A DNA stretch of 63,999 nucleotides from Sporopachydermia quercuum (Eukaryota): assembly GCA_001599295.1 (NCBI GenBank), contig BCGN01000006.1, positions 744,001 through 807,999 of the forward strand, given 5' to 3'. The notes beneath the pieces were generated by a model. The model searched no databases. It saw only the letters and a program-made list of their open reading frames with translations, and had not been told where the DNA came from. Numbering within the stretch: position 1 is the stretch's first letter; each line of letters begins with the position of its first letter. This document shows positions 63,561 to 63,999 of this stretch, piece by piece. The position numbers and the translations under genes are program-made.

Positions 63561-63999
63561 ATGAAAATGGAACAAGAGAATCCCAGTCCAGAAAAGGACT
63601 CACATGACATTAGGCTATCATTCTTGTTTATTTCAGGGCTTAGATATGATTTAATAATTAATGATCATTTTCTAGAATTACAAAGTTTGGAGAAGAAGAA
63701 ACCAGAAGATGTGAAAATCGCAACAATCAGAACTGTACTGAAAGATAATTGGGAAGACTCTTGGGGAGAAAGTCCAAGCGATTCATCATGTATCAGACTT
63801 ATTCACTTAGGAAGAATTATGGAAGATTCAGGGAAACTGTCCGATTTTAACCTAGAATTATCAGATGTTGTGCATGTTTCAATACGGCCAGCAAATATGA
63901 CTGCTTCCAAAAGGAAAAGTAAAGAGAAGACTAGAAAGCACAAGAATGCAGCAAATGAAGCAACGACTTCTGCTTCAACATCTCAACCAAGCGTTTCAT
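63561..63999 (+). CDS. UBL3/MUB-like membrane-anchored ubiquitin-fold protein (partial, runs off the window)
   Basis: Open frame of 146 codons from ATG 63561 to the edge: MKMEQENPSPEKDSHDIRLSFLFISGLRYDLII..IATIRTVLKDNWEDSWGESPSDSSCIRLIHLGRIMEDSGKLSDFNLELSDVVHVSIRP, then a basic stretch. The LISG, WxxxW..P, IRLIxxGRxLxD and VxHxxxRP pattern is typical of the UBL3/Rad60-SLD_2 domain. Confidence 0.75.
   Translation, partial: MKMEQENPSPEKDSHDIRLSFLFISGLRYDLIINDHFLELQSLEKKKPEDVKIATIRTVLKDNWEDSWGESPSDSSCIRLIHLGRIMEDSGKLSDFNLELSDVVHVSIRPANMTASKRKSKEKTRKHKNAANEATTSASTSQPSVS

Overview
AT-rich nuclear DNA from an intron-rich budding yeast (Saccharomycotina). Evidence: GT[A]TGT/GTAAGT donors, TACTAAC-type branch points, and CTG decoded as Leu at conserved positions. 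I can support about 22 protein-coding genes. Eight are spliced (12 introns in total), so the ORF track truncates, splits or misses several of them. Left arm: ATG7-GCN5-PUP2, ADE3, a Zn2Cys6 regulator and CCT6. The rest follows, from my recall of S. cerevisiae gene order, the ancestral block split between YNL076-YNL069 and YIL136-YIL132: OM45-like, MKS1, MLF3/VHS2, IMP4, MSK1, RNH201, LAT1, TOM7, FLX1, RPL16, CSM2-like. Two things interrupt that block: a SEC23-family gene, and a ~15 kb accessory segment between LAT1 and TOM7. That segment holds a ~6 kb ORF-poor stretch, a 79-aa secreted Thr/Val/Trp hexapeptide-repeat protein, and a divergent, intronless pair of a cyclopentanone-monooxygenase-type Baeyer-Villiger monooxygenase and an AcmB-like (methyl acetate hydrolase-like) beta-lactamase-fold esterase. 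This pair is a plausible two-step ketone-catabolism mini-cluster and the best candidate for an undescribed system. The window ends inside a UBL3/MUB-like ubiquitin-fold gene absent from the ORF track. I found no tRNA, rRNA, CRISPR array or recognisable transposon. All homology calls come from recognising motifs and synteny by eye; no database search was run.
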